From Pelomyxa schiedti (lineage: Eukaryota; Protista; Evosea), in the NCBI GenBank assembly GCA_020536535.1, contig JAHLWZ010000790.1, positions 1-64,000 on the forward strand: a stretch of DNA of 64,000 nt, in the 5' to 3' direction. Position 1 is the first letter of the stretch; the number at the start of each line of letters is the position of its first letter. Of this stretch, positions 37,684 through 50,850 are shown piece after piece. Under the pieces are notes generated by a model. That model did not search any database. It was given only the letters and a program-made list of their open reading frames with translations, and was not told where the DNA came from. Position numbers and translations under genes: made by a program.

Positions 37684-38960
37684 TCATCCAGAGTACAAAG
37701 ATGAGGATGAAGATCTGGGGTGCAAAGGAGGGAGAGTGTTTGAAACAGAATGGAAACAAACAAGAAATGGAGCTACTTACAATGATGGGAATTCTGTTAC
37801 AAGGTCAAGTGCAAGGTCCACTGTGAGAATACCAAAAAATCCAACAAAGAACCACATGCATATCCAACACTTGTCTCCCCCTGCTATTTTGTGTGCATCC
37901 AAAAGCTGGGTAGGTAGTTAGTGATTTTGACTTCCAAACCAGGAATATTACCAGCTCATCTACAACGAGGAAGAGCAAGTTCGCAATTCCAAACGAATAC
38001 AGGAGTAGTGTTACTTCATCCCCCATGAGGGGAATCAGGACTGCACCAGGAATTCCGGCAATCATGAGTAGGAGGGAAACACTCGAGCATATAACAAACA
38101 CAATCCCGCGTGAGTAACCAGCCAGTGAAGTCCCGAGAGATATCCCAACAAAGCACATTTCAAGTGCCAGGGCGGCAGAGACTATGATACCAGTAGATAT
38201 ATCCGCTTCAGCTGTATATGATATACTGATAAGAAATCCATCCAGTGCTGCATTTACAGCGATGCTGGCTACTACTCCCCATGGTAGATTCTTCCACCCT
38301 TTTTTCCTCACAATTAAGCGACTTTCAATATCGAGATGTTCCGTATAGTGACCAGTAGAAGTGGGAGGTGGGTCCGGATTACATCCAGCATCAGGAGGTT
38401 GTTCGACAAGAATTGGTCTGTACTAATATAAGAAATGCCACTAAAAAAGGGAGACGTGCATATGCCTCCAAGAGCCTGTGCAATCAAAATCCTTCTCGCG
38501 GGCATTTGAAATGTGGTTTGAAACAATTTCAACTGCAAACATCACAACTACACCCAGGACAAACCCGAGGAGCTTGAAGGCATAAGCCACAGCCTTCCCA
38601 AAGCCCAATCATTAGTCACAGTTTTCCAAGAGAAATGAAGAGGTTACCTCATCACGGGCTGTGGGAGCAGCTCCGTCCAACTCCGGAGTCAATGGTGCCA
38701 TCAGAACTGATCAAACAAAGTGAGTACCCAATTATATCACACTCACCCAGAAGAAGGGGAAAAAAAATTTAAATAGACAAAGTAAACATACCGGGAGTGA
38801 ACTCAGTGGCAATTGCACAAGTGACAACTCCAGAGGCAAGTTGCAAAAGTGCAGCTGTGAGTTTTGGGCCAGGCGGAAACCACACTACGACCAAGGAACC
38901 CACCATCATCGCAATTGTGGGAACCAAAGTGAGCAAGCACACTACGGCCAAGTCATGCAT
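37684..38960 (-). CDS. ZIP-family (ZupT/GufA-like) divalent metal transporter
   Basis: LLQLASGVVTCAIATEFTP (TM2), VNAALDGFLISI (TM4), ALALEMCFVG (TM5), SFGIANLLFLVVDELLLDAH (TM7). Stop is at 37777 if the last GTAAGT intron is not spliced. Confidence 0.8.
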
Positions 38961-39473
38961 TTTGATCTGAGAAAGATGTGTCCAACAAGTGCCTCACGTA
39001 ACACAACGAACAGAGACTCTTTCACTTGGTGTTTTTTTTTTTTGTGGGTTCTTCTTTCTCGCAGAATTCCGCGTAGCGGCTCTACGGCGAAACTGGAACT
39101 AGTCGTTCAATCTTCATCTTGAAAAGTGAAACAATTCGCCACGTGCATCACAGATCCATGGATTCCCCAATACTTCTATCGGTTATTCACTTGCTCGGTC
39201 TCAAGGAGTTCCTCACGGAGTTCTTCGGAAATTGGCTTTCCCTTAGTTTTCAATCTTGTGCATCTCTAGCATCACACAACCCCAAGAGAAACCCAAAAGG
39301 ATCACGCTCACTTCCTCTAAGCCAGGAATAGTCTGCAGCAAAAGTCAAAACAAAAATCAAAAAAGGCCCTCTCTTGCATCACGCGTCGTGTAAGAAGGGG
39401 CACACGAACCCAAAGCAACAGCAGCCACCAAACAACAACAACAAACAAACCGAACCCATAATCCCGGCACGCC

Positions 39474-42400
39474 ATGTCCAAGCCCATGGTACCACCACCA
39501 GCGCCGGCGTCGTCTACGCCGGCCACGGCCCCAGCCCCTGCACCGTCGAAAAAAGACAAAGAGGAGCCGGCATCTACTGCTGCCAAAGCGAATCTGCCGT
39601 TAATCGCGAGCATAAGCACCAGACACGCGATAAAAAAGAAGGGGTGGCACGGGGGATGGTACCAGAGATCTGTGTGCTTAACTCCGACTGTCATTATCAC
39701 GTTAAACCCTGCCACAATGGAGGTCACAAACACGTGGGAGTATAGAGACGTCCTCTCAATCGTACCAGTGACGGGAAAGGTTGTTCATTGAGCCCTTTTT
39801 TTTTTTTTTTTTCTTTCCCCCCCCCCCCTTTCTTTTTCTCTCTATCCCTAAAACAACCAATAGACAGAAGAGGAGTTTCAATTAACTATTCGAAAACCCA
39901 ATAACAAACCCGACAAAATGTCTTTTTCCTCACCATATCGCGCACAAGTACTTTCAGATTTCGCAAGAATGATTTATGCCGTAACCTCCAAGTAGTCTGT
40001 GATTTTTTATACCCTTTGTATTCACCCCACTCCTTAACTAGAAATGCCAAAGAAATCCCACCTGAGCTTCGGTTTCCAGCGCAAAAACTGAAGCGGAGCA
40101 GTGAACGCAAGGAAATCCAACTTGCTGTTATGCCATGGGGTTTGTGTCAAGTAAATCCCATCACTGGAGCTCCTTTTGCAACCTACCACACTGTTAACAT
40201 TGATAAAATCGCAATAATATCCGATATTCCTGGTGGATTTGCTGTATTTTGTAGGGACCTTTCCTTGTAGTTTTTAGACTCACTTGCTTCCAGATGGCCA
40301 CCAAGATAAAAGAATTTACGTTTTCATTTGCCCAGAAAGAGATAGACTTCTGGACACAATGGCAAAATCTGCTTTATCAGTGTTGGGGATCAAGCTTGCA
40401 AGTGGAAAAGGCGAAACGGGTGTGCACATGGTGACTTTAGATTACGTTCAGTACGAATCACTTCCCTTTCTCCTGTGAGTTCTTCCCAACCACAGAGAAT
40501 TGATACACGCAATTGAAGGAGATGACCAAGTGGCACAAACCTTAGTAGAATTTCAAGTTTTGAAACACTCCCCTCGAAGACATCCTGATCCACAACAACG
40601 TATCATAACATTAAGGTTATTTTTATTTTTTTTGTGACCAGCTGTCTCAACTATTTCTCCAAAAAAAAACCCTAGTGATAAGTGGCTTGTTGAGAGGCGC
40701 CCAAACACATTTGCTGTGGCAACAATGCGAACTCTAGAGAGTATCAGCTGGCTTATACGTGTTCCTGATGACCCCCAGGCATTGTCTGTTTACTATCGGG
40801 ATGCCACAGAGGCTAGATATTCTTCAACTGCACGTGATAACTTACTGTCATGCATTATTGATTGTGCAAAAAGTGCTGGAAATAAAGATATATTTGTTGC
40901 AAGTGCTCCGGTTTGTTTGTTTTGTTTCCACTCTCCCACTTATTTGTTCATAGTTAAGACGAGGCATGAGACAGACTCCATTTTTTATTCCTTTGGACCT
41001 GGAAACTGAAACCAATATCCTCAAAAGCCTTGCCAGCTTTTCTCCAGCTGAATGCAGTAGTCCAACAGACCCAACTGGAAAGGAATACCTAAACATGCTT
41101 CTCGCAACCTTTAATGCCAATGTCCCCGCCAGTGGTTTTCAGGTTTATCACACACAACTGGTACCCAGTCTAAACTCTGTAGTTCCTTGACGCTGGTCGG
41201 AACTATCGAGTTATCATACAAGCCCTCACCAACATTCTTACTCATGCCAAACCAACTACCTCAATGCTGCATGCTGTGCGTAGATTCATCATCAGCCGAG
41301 CTGGGTTTGAATCTTTCAGTGATGTTCAAGCAGTGAGAGACAAGCTTTTGACTGTAAGCATTCTCTTCTACTTTTCCCTCATTCTCATACTTTTAGCTTC
41401 TTCAACAAGCTCTACAATCGACAGATGAAATGGCAAGTTATGCATCTCTGGAGATTATGGTCGCTCTGTTACTACCACATTTCGACCAGGGTGACAACCG
41501 AGCAGTAGAGACTACAAACAAAAAGTACTTATTATCTTGTGAACCTCTTATGATGGCTTTCATGAACTTGTACACCGCCTATATTAAAAAAGGTGTTTTG
41601 TCGGGAGTTCGCATCACACACCTTATGTACTTTAGGAACTGGTGCACTATCACTAATGGTTTGTATGGAGTTTTTCACTGCATGTCTGTGTGAGCCTTTT
41701 AGTGATACCACTGAAGGAGCTCAATTTGATTGGGTACTTTGTCCCTCGGCATTGCATTTCATTTAACACTCTGACTAGTTGATACAAAATATCGCAAAAA
41801 TTGGCAGAGATTATTTTAAACTATTCCATCAAAATCACTGTATTTCTGTTGTAAGAAGTGCGGGCATGGTTATGAGAACCATCATTGAAGAAGGTAAGAA
41901 AGATGCAAACCATATGCAATGATTAACATAGAAATTCAGGTGACGTTACGGATATTGTTAGTGTCATGCAGACTTCAGCACTGGTGGAGGGTGCTATTTT
42001 GCGACATTTGCATGCAGCCCTCTTCTCAAAAGCAACAAACCAAAGACATGTTATTTTTAAGGATCTCAGGTATAGCCACTTCTTCAAAAGAAATTGTACT
42101 TAGAACTGTAGTTGCCATTTGGTAAGCCTGTGGACTTCTGCTCACGAAGACGCTGAAATTATGCTGAAGCGGATTTTCCCTGTGTCACTACTTGCCTATT
42201 TGGATGCCACTGAGGAGCCGCCTGAAGAAAAGGTTTATTTTAAGAGTAATGCATTCCATTGTTGTTCACCTCTCTGCCAACAACCAAAGGAGATTTTAAG
42301 TGATGCAAAGATGGCCCAGAAACAGGTCCAATTCTCTGTCAAAACGTGGTTGAATCAATGGCAGTCACACAGACAAATCCCAAAACGGTTAGAAGAGCAA

Positions 42401-45400
42401 TTCAATGCCTTTACTTAATTGATAAAAAGAAAACCAGTACCTTTGCGCCAGAAAAGACCCCCGTGGGCTGGAGCCAAGAAGAACTGGCCAATGTTTTTCT
42501 TCCAATTTAAACAGGATCATGCCCGTCCTGATCTTATATGGAACAACCTCACACGAGATGAACTACGTGAAGGTTTGTGGGCTTCATTTTAATTTTCTAC
42601 TTATAAATTTCAGCATTGGAATCTGAGCTGAGAGTTTTCAAGCAACAACAAGTACATTGCCTCAGTTTAGTCTTACTGCACCCACCTTTCAACAGGAATT
42701 AACCCACGACGGGTTTGTTTCATGGAATCACCAAGAATTTATTGTTCCCTATGATTGTCTGAGCCGTGAAGTTTGTGTTGCAGGTAAGGCGATTCCGGCC
42801 TTATCCAAGTGACATTTGTAAGGTTTCTACTTGAGGTTACTGCTGAATATGCAACCCGGACAGAAAGCAAGAAGCCTGGCCAAGGGGGAGGCAGCAGAAT
42901 TTTTCGATATGTTGTTCCACAGATGCCTACTGGAGCAGGAAATAGAATTGAAAGCCCTATGCATACAGGCAATAGCAACTGTCTACAAGTTTTACAAGGC
43001 AGAAATTCCTCAGTTTAGGTATACCACTTACCTTGCATTTTTTGAAGTAATGTGCCTCAGAGATCTCCCTCATATTGTAACGATGCTTCGGCAAACATCA
43101 AATCGTCTCATCCGCGATCGTCTTCTTCAGTTCATTTATGTGCTCGTTGAAAATGAAGACAATGCCAAAAGCTTCATTGACTGTGGTGGAATTTACACTA
43201 TGGTGGAACTGATAACCTTAGTTCATCTGCAGGCTGAGCACATTGTAGCACCTTTAAAAGGCAATTTAATTACTTGTGGAAAAGAAATGGTACATTTTTG
43301 TTCCTGCACTTTTACAGTTTACTAACCCCCTCTCAGTTAGAGGGTGAGTGGTACTACAGTAGAGTAATACCTGGAGAAAAACATGACGATGGCACACAAG
43401 ACCCCCCTAAAAAGGAGCGCGTTGGGCCACTTAACATCTCTGAGATAGGAACACTCCGAGAAAAAGGTGAAATAGATAATGCCACTCTCTGTTGGGCGCA
43501 GGTATTCCTTATTGACTAGTGTATTTGATAAACATCTCTCAGGGAATGGAAGATTGGAAACCTCTGCAAGATATTTATCAGCTCAAATGGTGCTTCCTTG
43601 CTAATGGCAATGGATTATTTGACTATTACCAACTCGGGGCAATTGTCTTAGATATTCTTACACAATTGTGTTCATTGTACCCAATCAGGGATAAGGATGG
43701 TGGAATTATAAGACCAATTCCCAGGTACTCCTTTTTCTACACATTCAAACAGTCACTTTGGGATTAGGCCCAAGAGACAACTTTCCAGTCCCCAGCTTCT
43801 TCCTCATATAGTTCAAGTGCTGCTGACAGCTGATCCCACTTTGATTGACAAAACTGCTATTTTACTCAGAGTACTAATGGAAGGCACGTAGAAGCCCTTA
43901 GACCACAGCGAAAACCATCCCTAATGGTTCTTTAGATAATGCTGGGGCTGTTCTCAAGCTGTATCTTACTGGTGTCTTCTATTTCATCATGCAATATGGT
44001 GGGAGCAATTTCATGTCGATAGCAGAGCTACTAAAAAGTGTACACATGGTACAACGTTTCAAAGAAGAAGAAAGCTCTGGTGATATAGCTGCAAGGTCTA
44101 TTTTAGGTGGAATTGTTCCCTCAGCGATGATCCACTTACTTGAGAGGCGGGGTATGTAAACTTTGAATCTGTATTTTTTGTAACTTTTTCCAGGGGAGGC
44201 AGAATTCACCAAAGTGTTCCTGGGAAATTTTGATACACCAGAAGCTATTTGGAACCGAGACATGCGCATGTTCTTGATAGAAAAGATATCCGTGCACATG
44301 GGGAATTTCCCTCAACGACTCAATACAAATATCAAGGCACTTACATGAGCTTACTTTCTTCTTCTTACGTTACTAAGGCTGTTTACTCTTTTGTGCCGAT
44401 GGCTCCAGTTGTTTACAAGCAGTTGGCGGGAGAATTGTTTTGCCACCACTACTATCTTCGAAACTTGTGTGATCTTACAAGGTTTCCTCTGTGGCCCATT
44501 GAAAAAGAGGTTCGGAGTCCGGTTTATTCTAGTTTTAACTCCTTATTCAGGTGGAGCTTCTTCAAGCCGTTCTTGTGGCTTGGAATAAAGAAGCTGATAA
44601 AAAGCCACCCACAATGACAGACGACGAAGCAATTTCAGCCCTCGAGCTTAGTAATAAGGAATTTTCTGAAGAGGAGCTGAGAAGAGCTTACTTTAGAAAA
44701 GCTGCCAAGTTCCATCCAGTTGGTGTTTGCCACTTTATACCCTCTTACATATACTTGATGTAGGATAAAAATCCTGAAGGCAGGCCTATTTTTGAAAAGA
44801 TCCATGAAGCATACCAATTACTTTCTCAGAGTCGCTCTGCAGACTCAGGGTTTCGGTCTCAGACCTTTCCATTGTTTTAACTTTTTTTTTCCCTCTAGGC
44901 GGAATAACGTAAACCTTATCCTCAAAGTTCAATCAATTTTGTATACACGGTTCAGAAATGAATTAGCCCCATTTAAATATGCCGGTTATGGTCTTCTTCT
45001 GCACAATACTACACAGTATCCGCCTTCTCCTTAGGTTTTACATTAACGAGTTTAGTGCTTTGGATATTGATGATAAGGAGTTACTCTTGCTTGCAAGCGA
45101 GTTGTGCTTAAGGACTATTCAGTCAACTACTTTAAATGCAGAGGAGCTAAGAAGGCAAAATGGCATGGAGATCCTCTCCAATGCACTGAGCAAGTCAATT
45201 GAATCTGTGACACAACAATCATCGCCAAAAGGTTTGAAAACTATCTTCCCCTACGTCTGAAACCACTTCTAACTTGCTTAAAGCAATTGCCTGTGAGATA
45301 TGCAGTTACCTTGTTCGTACATTTTCTAGTGCCTCCGCATATGAGAAGTGCCGTGAAAAAATAGTTGAGAACGAACAAATACTCAACAACGTCTGTTATT

Positions 45401-48139
45401 GCCTCAAGCTCAACAATATCCCATACCTCGTCGAAGCAGCTTTGGAGTGTGTTTGTTCATTTGCATTGGATACAAACTTGCAACAAGTAATCCACTGATC
45501 TCTTTTCTTTTCTAATATCCGTTTTTCAAGATGATGTTTGATCGGAATGTCGTTTTATTAGTTCTTCCTCATCTTCTGCACTACGATTTCACACTCAACG
45601 CTGCTGGTGTTGACACGACAGAGAACAATTCTCAAAATATGCTCAACATCCTTGCTGGGTTGGGAATCCTGGCTATTGGGAGACTTGGAGGGTGCGCCCC
45701 TAAGTTGTCAATGCAAACGCCTAACCTCTGCAAAAGATTTGACCCGGCTGCCCCAGTTCACGAAGAAATGCAAGCTTGCATCCTAGCTCTTCTCACACCA
45801 TCTATTGCCAACCAAATATGCAAACGGTCAATGGAGGACGTTCTTAAGGACATAAACAGCAACGTCGAGACACCAGGCTGTATATGGAATAATGCCACTC
45901 GTCAGGAACTTGTTAGTTTTCTTGAGTCACACCTTTCTTCTGCTTCGGGCCTGGTATGTTTGCCTGTTGTATGCCAGCACTAACAATTTTTCTTAAGGAC
46001 TTCTCACCAGCTGAAGCAAAGAACTTCAAGTACTTATCCCTTGAGTCTGAACTTCACATATACAATGTCTACATTCGGCCTTATAATGAGCAGCCCAAAA
46101 CACATGGACAAGTAGATGACCCCAGGGCTTTCTGTGCTGCACTTCTGAGCTTTTTAGCCGAGAGCCTTCCCTTGCTGAAAGAAAAGCCTGCTGCCGATGC
46201 GCCACCTGTATGAGATCCCAACATACCCCTTCTCATTTTTTTTTTTTAGGAAGACCCAGCTGTAACAAATTACAAAAAATTGGTAGGAAATGCCACAATT
46301 ACATCCACAGCCCTCCTCAATCTTCTCCGTGCCGTCAAAGGGCTAGAACTCATTGTTGCCATAAGAGAGCATTTGAATACCTTGTTTTCTCTCATTGCTC
46401 TCGTAGCTTCTAACGACGTACTTCGTCATTTAAAGCAAATTTATTCTCACTGGAACAAGCTAACCAAAGAAATCCTTGGTGTCGTTTCTCATCTGACCAA
46501 GAATCTGGAGTGCGTCAATTCAATCGCTGAGGCTGGTGTAATAGGATTATTCTTACCAGTTATTTTCAACTCTCCAGCTTGCCAAGTTGCATCGATTACT
46601 GTTCTCCATAGTCTCATTTCTAACTCCAAAATTGTAAATGCTGTTATCAAGTAACGAACCCCTCCCCCCATCTCACCACTCACTCTGTGAAGCCAAGGAG
46701 GCATCCTTTATTTATTGCGAGCATTCTGTGCAGCCACTGACCGAGGAGGTGATAACTCTGCCCGTGTACAAGCGGCGTTAACGATTGCCAAAATGACTGT
46801 AGACCAGGTAATGGTGGTCTTTATCCAACAGTTTATTGACTTTGTCAGGTTCAAGGGTCACGATCAATGCTGGCTTTGCTTAAGTTTATCCCCTCTGCTT
46901 TCATCACAGCCATGAAACAAGACGGGGAGACAGCAGTTCATATATTTGACGCCATACATGAAAATCCAGAGCTTATCTGGAATGCTTCAACTAGGACACA
47001 ACTGCGTGACGTTATTGAAAAGTACTTGCCCCTCTTGAATATTTCTTTGCAAGAACACTTTCCAAATAGGTTGTCAACCGAGTTCGTTGCAAAACAACTA
47101 GTCAACCCACATGAGAGATGGAGTATTACAGATGACTTCCAAGTGAAATTTGATGAAACGAAGGGTGTGTGAGCATTCTTACTTTTTAATCCTAAAACAA
47201 TGCAGATGAATTACAAATTGGTGGAGTGTTTATTCGCCTCTTCCTCAAAAATCCAACTTGGGCTCTCAGCAACCCAAAGAGCTTCGTGGAAGCTCTCCTT
47301 TCCAAATGTACTCCTTTTTGTTTTCGTTTTGCTACTGATACCTTTCAACAGATATCGAATTGTACACTAAACTTCCCGAGAATAATCCTGCTATAGAAGA
47401 TTTACTTAAAACAGTTACAAATGCAACTGTGGCACTTCTTCAAGCACAACCTGCGATGTGCGATCATGGTGCTAAGACTGGCCACTTGGCCAAAATATTT
47501 CAACTTGTTGGGGGACCCATCAAGCACGCAAGTGCTGCCGGAATTATTTACCAGATGTCGGGAAGTACGGTCAGTACCACTCAACTTGTTTCTGCTGTTT
47601 AACTTGTCCCAGCTTTGTGTGGAGGCTATGGTTTCATTCCCTTCAATAAAGCCACTTGTTGACCTCATGCAAGCAAGGCCGTCCACTGCCCCAGTCGTAG
47701 TAGAAGCGCTTGAGAGAATGCTCAAGAAGAATGTTTGCAAGCTAGTTGAATGCCTTGTTAAGCAACTCTTGGACTGTCACGCCGAAGTGTTCCTCCTGAG
47801 CATACTCGAAGGCATTCCTCTCCTCTTCTATCAAGGAACTAACCATCAACCCTAGGAACCCTGGACTCTATGCTCTCGTCTGACGCAGCCCAAGTGAAAG
47901 CGCGTGTGGTCACTGCGTTGCAGTCGGCACTCACGGATGCAACACACGGCATTCACCTCCGTGGAATTCTCGAGAAGTCCACAGTGTGGTCAAACTACAG
48001 TGGACAGAGGCACGACCTCTTTTTGGCGGGAACTCAAGTTGTGGGATTGCTTACTGGTGGACCTTCTCCTGTTATGGGGCTGCTTACAGACACAGCCCAC
48101 GCCGCTCCTTTGTCTGACACACCTCCGGACTTGATATAG
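39474..48139 (+). CDS. DNAJC13: RME-8 / DNAJC13 endosomal J-domain protein
   Basis: KKGWHGGWYQR...ITLNPATMEVTNTW; IWN repeats (LIWNNLTRDELRE, IWNRDMR, IWNNATRQEL, ELIWNASTR); GYF_2 segment (WAQGMEDWKPL...QLKW); J domain RRAYFRKAAKFHP|DKNPEGR; C-terminal YSGQRHDLFL. Confidence 0.96.
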
Positions 48140-48354
48140 GGGGTGTTACAACTTACTGTTTTGTTTAAAGAAAGAAAAAACCTAAAGTGAAAAAAGTAAT
48201 TTTTGTCTGGTTTACTCCATTTCACCTCCTTTTCCTTTTTGCGTCCTTTCTTTTTGGTGTTTTTTGGGGTATTGTTAGTTTTGTACTTCGGTTACTTTTG
48301 TTTCACTTTATTTCTGTAGAATGAAAGTAAAGGGTGGATGTATACCTCTTTTTT

Positions 48355-50678
48355 TTAACAACCACACGCGGTTTTGTATCTCCAACTGACAACGAACCTC
48401 ATGGCGGGCAACGTATACCTCATCAGAGGTATCTTCATCACTGGATAACTGCATGTGCTTAGATGATTCAAACATAGTTCGCGGTTAAAAGACCTCTGTG
48501 GGAGGAGGTTTTGAATCGACAAGCTTCCATGATGGCAGTGGTATTGGCTTGGGAATAGGAGCCGGTTCATACCTACATATCTTGATAATACACTTAGAGA
48601 GGAAAAAACGGAGAAATGTGCTACCGGCGTTGTCACAATACGGTCAGGATCATATAGAGAGACAGCTTTAGCTTTGGCTTTTCTGGCACGTTTGTTGAGT
48701 GGTTCCTATGATTGGAAACATAAACGCATGACTGTATCTAGAAGAGGCTATACTTTTGGCAGGTAAACAGAGCACTGTAAACCCGTGGGGGTTCGTAATT
48801 CAACATGAATAAGGAACACGGTGTCAAAATTCCTTGACAAAGCGACTGGGAGGTGGCTAGGTCTTTCCCATGAGTGCCATGTGTCAGAAGTATTTTCATA
48901 TGGGTAGCGGTTTATCCATTCCACAAGATATCTAAAGCGAAGATCAGAGAGCCATAACAAGGTAGAGATGTACTCGGATATTCCAAGAGATTTATGACAA
49001 GCAAGAACAGTTTTTGGTTTAAGACATGATTGGAATTCGTATTCATTCTAGAAAATGTCAAATGCAGCATTAAAGTTCGCCGTACCATTTCATTCAGGAG
49101 TATCAGCCACAAGTACCGCGCAAAAATCCTAACTCGTTTTGACCTGGAAAAGCACATCATTCTTCTTGCCAGGCATACATGCTTAAGTAAGTCTTTTAGC
49201 TTTGGATCATGTTCCTCCTCCTCTTCTTCAAGCTCCTCAACCTCTTCCTCTTCTGAAAGTACAAGCTCTTCATCCTCCTCACTACTACTTATCTCGTACT
49301 TCCTTCTTTTCTTCTCAACAACAGCCTTATGTGAGCGGGGCCGTGGTTCTGCTGGAATGTTGCGTCTTCTTCTATCACACTTCGAGCAGGAACATAAATT
49401 GTTGCATGTTAGGCACACATAAGTGTGCATACAAGCATCGCGATTGAGGATCGGGTAGTGGTTCCAAAGGCAATTGACGCATAGGGCACCCAAGCATTTC
49501 GTGCAGCACATATACATAGCATGCCTGTTTTTGGTGAGGGAAAAAAATAATTGTTTTCGGTTTGGCAAACTTACTTTTGGTGACATTGATGACAAGTCCT
49601 CCCCCAAGTTGGGTTCTGGGTACTTTGTTTCTTAGAGAGGATATTAGGTTTCACGTACATGTGTTAGTGGATGGGCACCCCACGGATACTATCCTCATGT
49701 TCTTGATCAAACTGATGCAACAAGCTTGACCATCCAACTTCAGAAGCATCTCTCCACACAGGTGAAGTATCATTTTCCATCACAATGAGGTAGCGCATAC
49801 GCCCATTCTACATTCCTCGTCAGGCACATTCACACACAAACACGAAACACAGAAGCACAGGAACAGTCACAGGCACGCATTCAAAAAAACAAAAACCAAA
49901 AAAAAAAAAAAAAAAAAAAACGAAAGAACAGAATTGGAGGGAAGCCAGTAACCGCGTTGACTTTCTTGCATATAATGTTGTCTATCTTGGACTTCTTCCA
50001 CTTGCTGGGCGTGCGCGGGGGCAAATGGTAGCTCTCCCTCTCGTCCACAACGTCGACGAAGCCAGCGCATTTGCTGCACAGTCCCTCCTGCGCCTGGGTG
50101 GCCTGGGCCGCCTGCGCCACGACGCCGCCCTCGTCGTCGTCGTCGTAGCAGCAGAACCCGCCGTCGCCGCTGCCGAGGCCGGCCTCCTCGTCGCTCCCAT
50201 AATCGGCGCTGCTGACCGCGGAGACGCCGCCGCAAAAGGCGAGGCCGGAGGCTGCGCCGCCGCCGGGCGATCTGCTGTGGGTGCGCCTGTCTCTTGCGCC
50301 CCCCCCTGCCCTCCCACAATGGCCGTGGCGGGCCCCTTGCAGCTGCGCACAAGGCCAATCTTCGCGGTAGTATTCCTCTGCGGAGTTAGAAGGCGCAGTC
50401 GTGGCCGTGGTCGTGGTCGTGCTGGCCGTCGTAGTCGCCGTCGTAGCCCTCTTTGTGTGGGTGGTCGCCTCCGACGCGGAGCTCGTGGCCCGCGGCACAA
50501 CCACAACGCAATTGTGGGACGTAGGAGGGGCAGGCGGCGGGCTGTCGACGCCAACCACATCCACCAGCAGCATTTCACCCGACGGCGGCGCGACGCTGAC
50601 GTTCGACGCACGCGGCACGTGCACCTTGACGCGCACGTGGTGTGCCCCTGTGGTGCTGTTACCGTAGCCGTTCTGCAT
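48355..50678 (-). CDS. Chromatin protein: chromo-like domain + zf-4CXXC_R1 finger + second chromo-like domain
   Basis: IDNIICKKVNA|NGRMRYLIV...VWRDASEV; GRTCHQCHQK|HAMYMCCTKCLGALCVNCLWNHY...CLTCNNLCSCSKCDRRR; acidic stretch; RYLVEWINRY...HSWERPSHL. The 3' exons are uncertain. Confidence 0.72.
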
Positions 50679-50850
50679 CACACCGGAGGGAAAAAAAAAA
50701 CGTGTTTGGAAAATATGCTATCTTATTAGAGCAGACTGTCAGTCTTTTATCAACAACGATTCGTGTGACTGAGAGAATCTCTGTGCACCAGCGGGAGCAT
50801 AAAATGCGTACTCGTTTGGGTTGGCTCCCAACAACCCAAACGGTTGCGAG

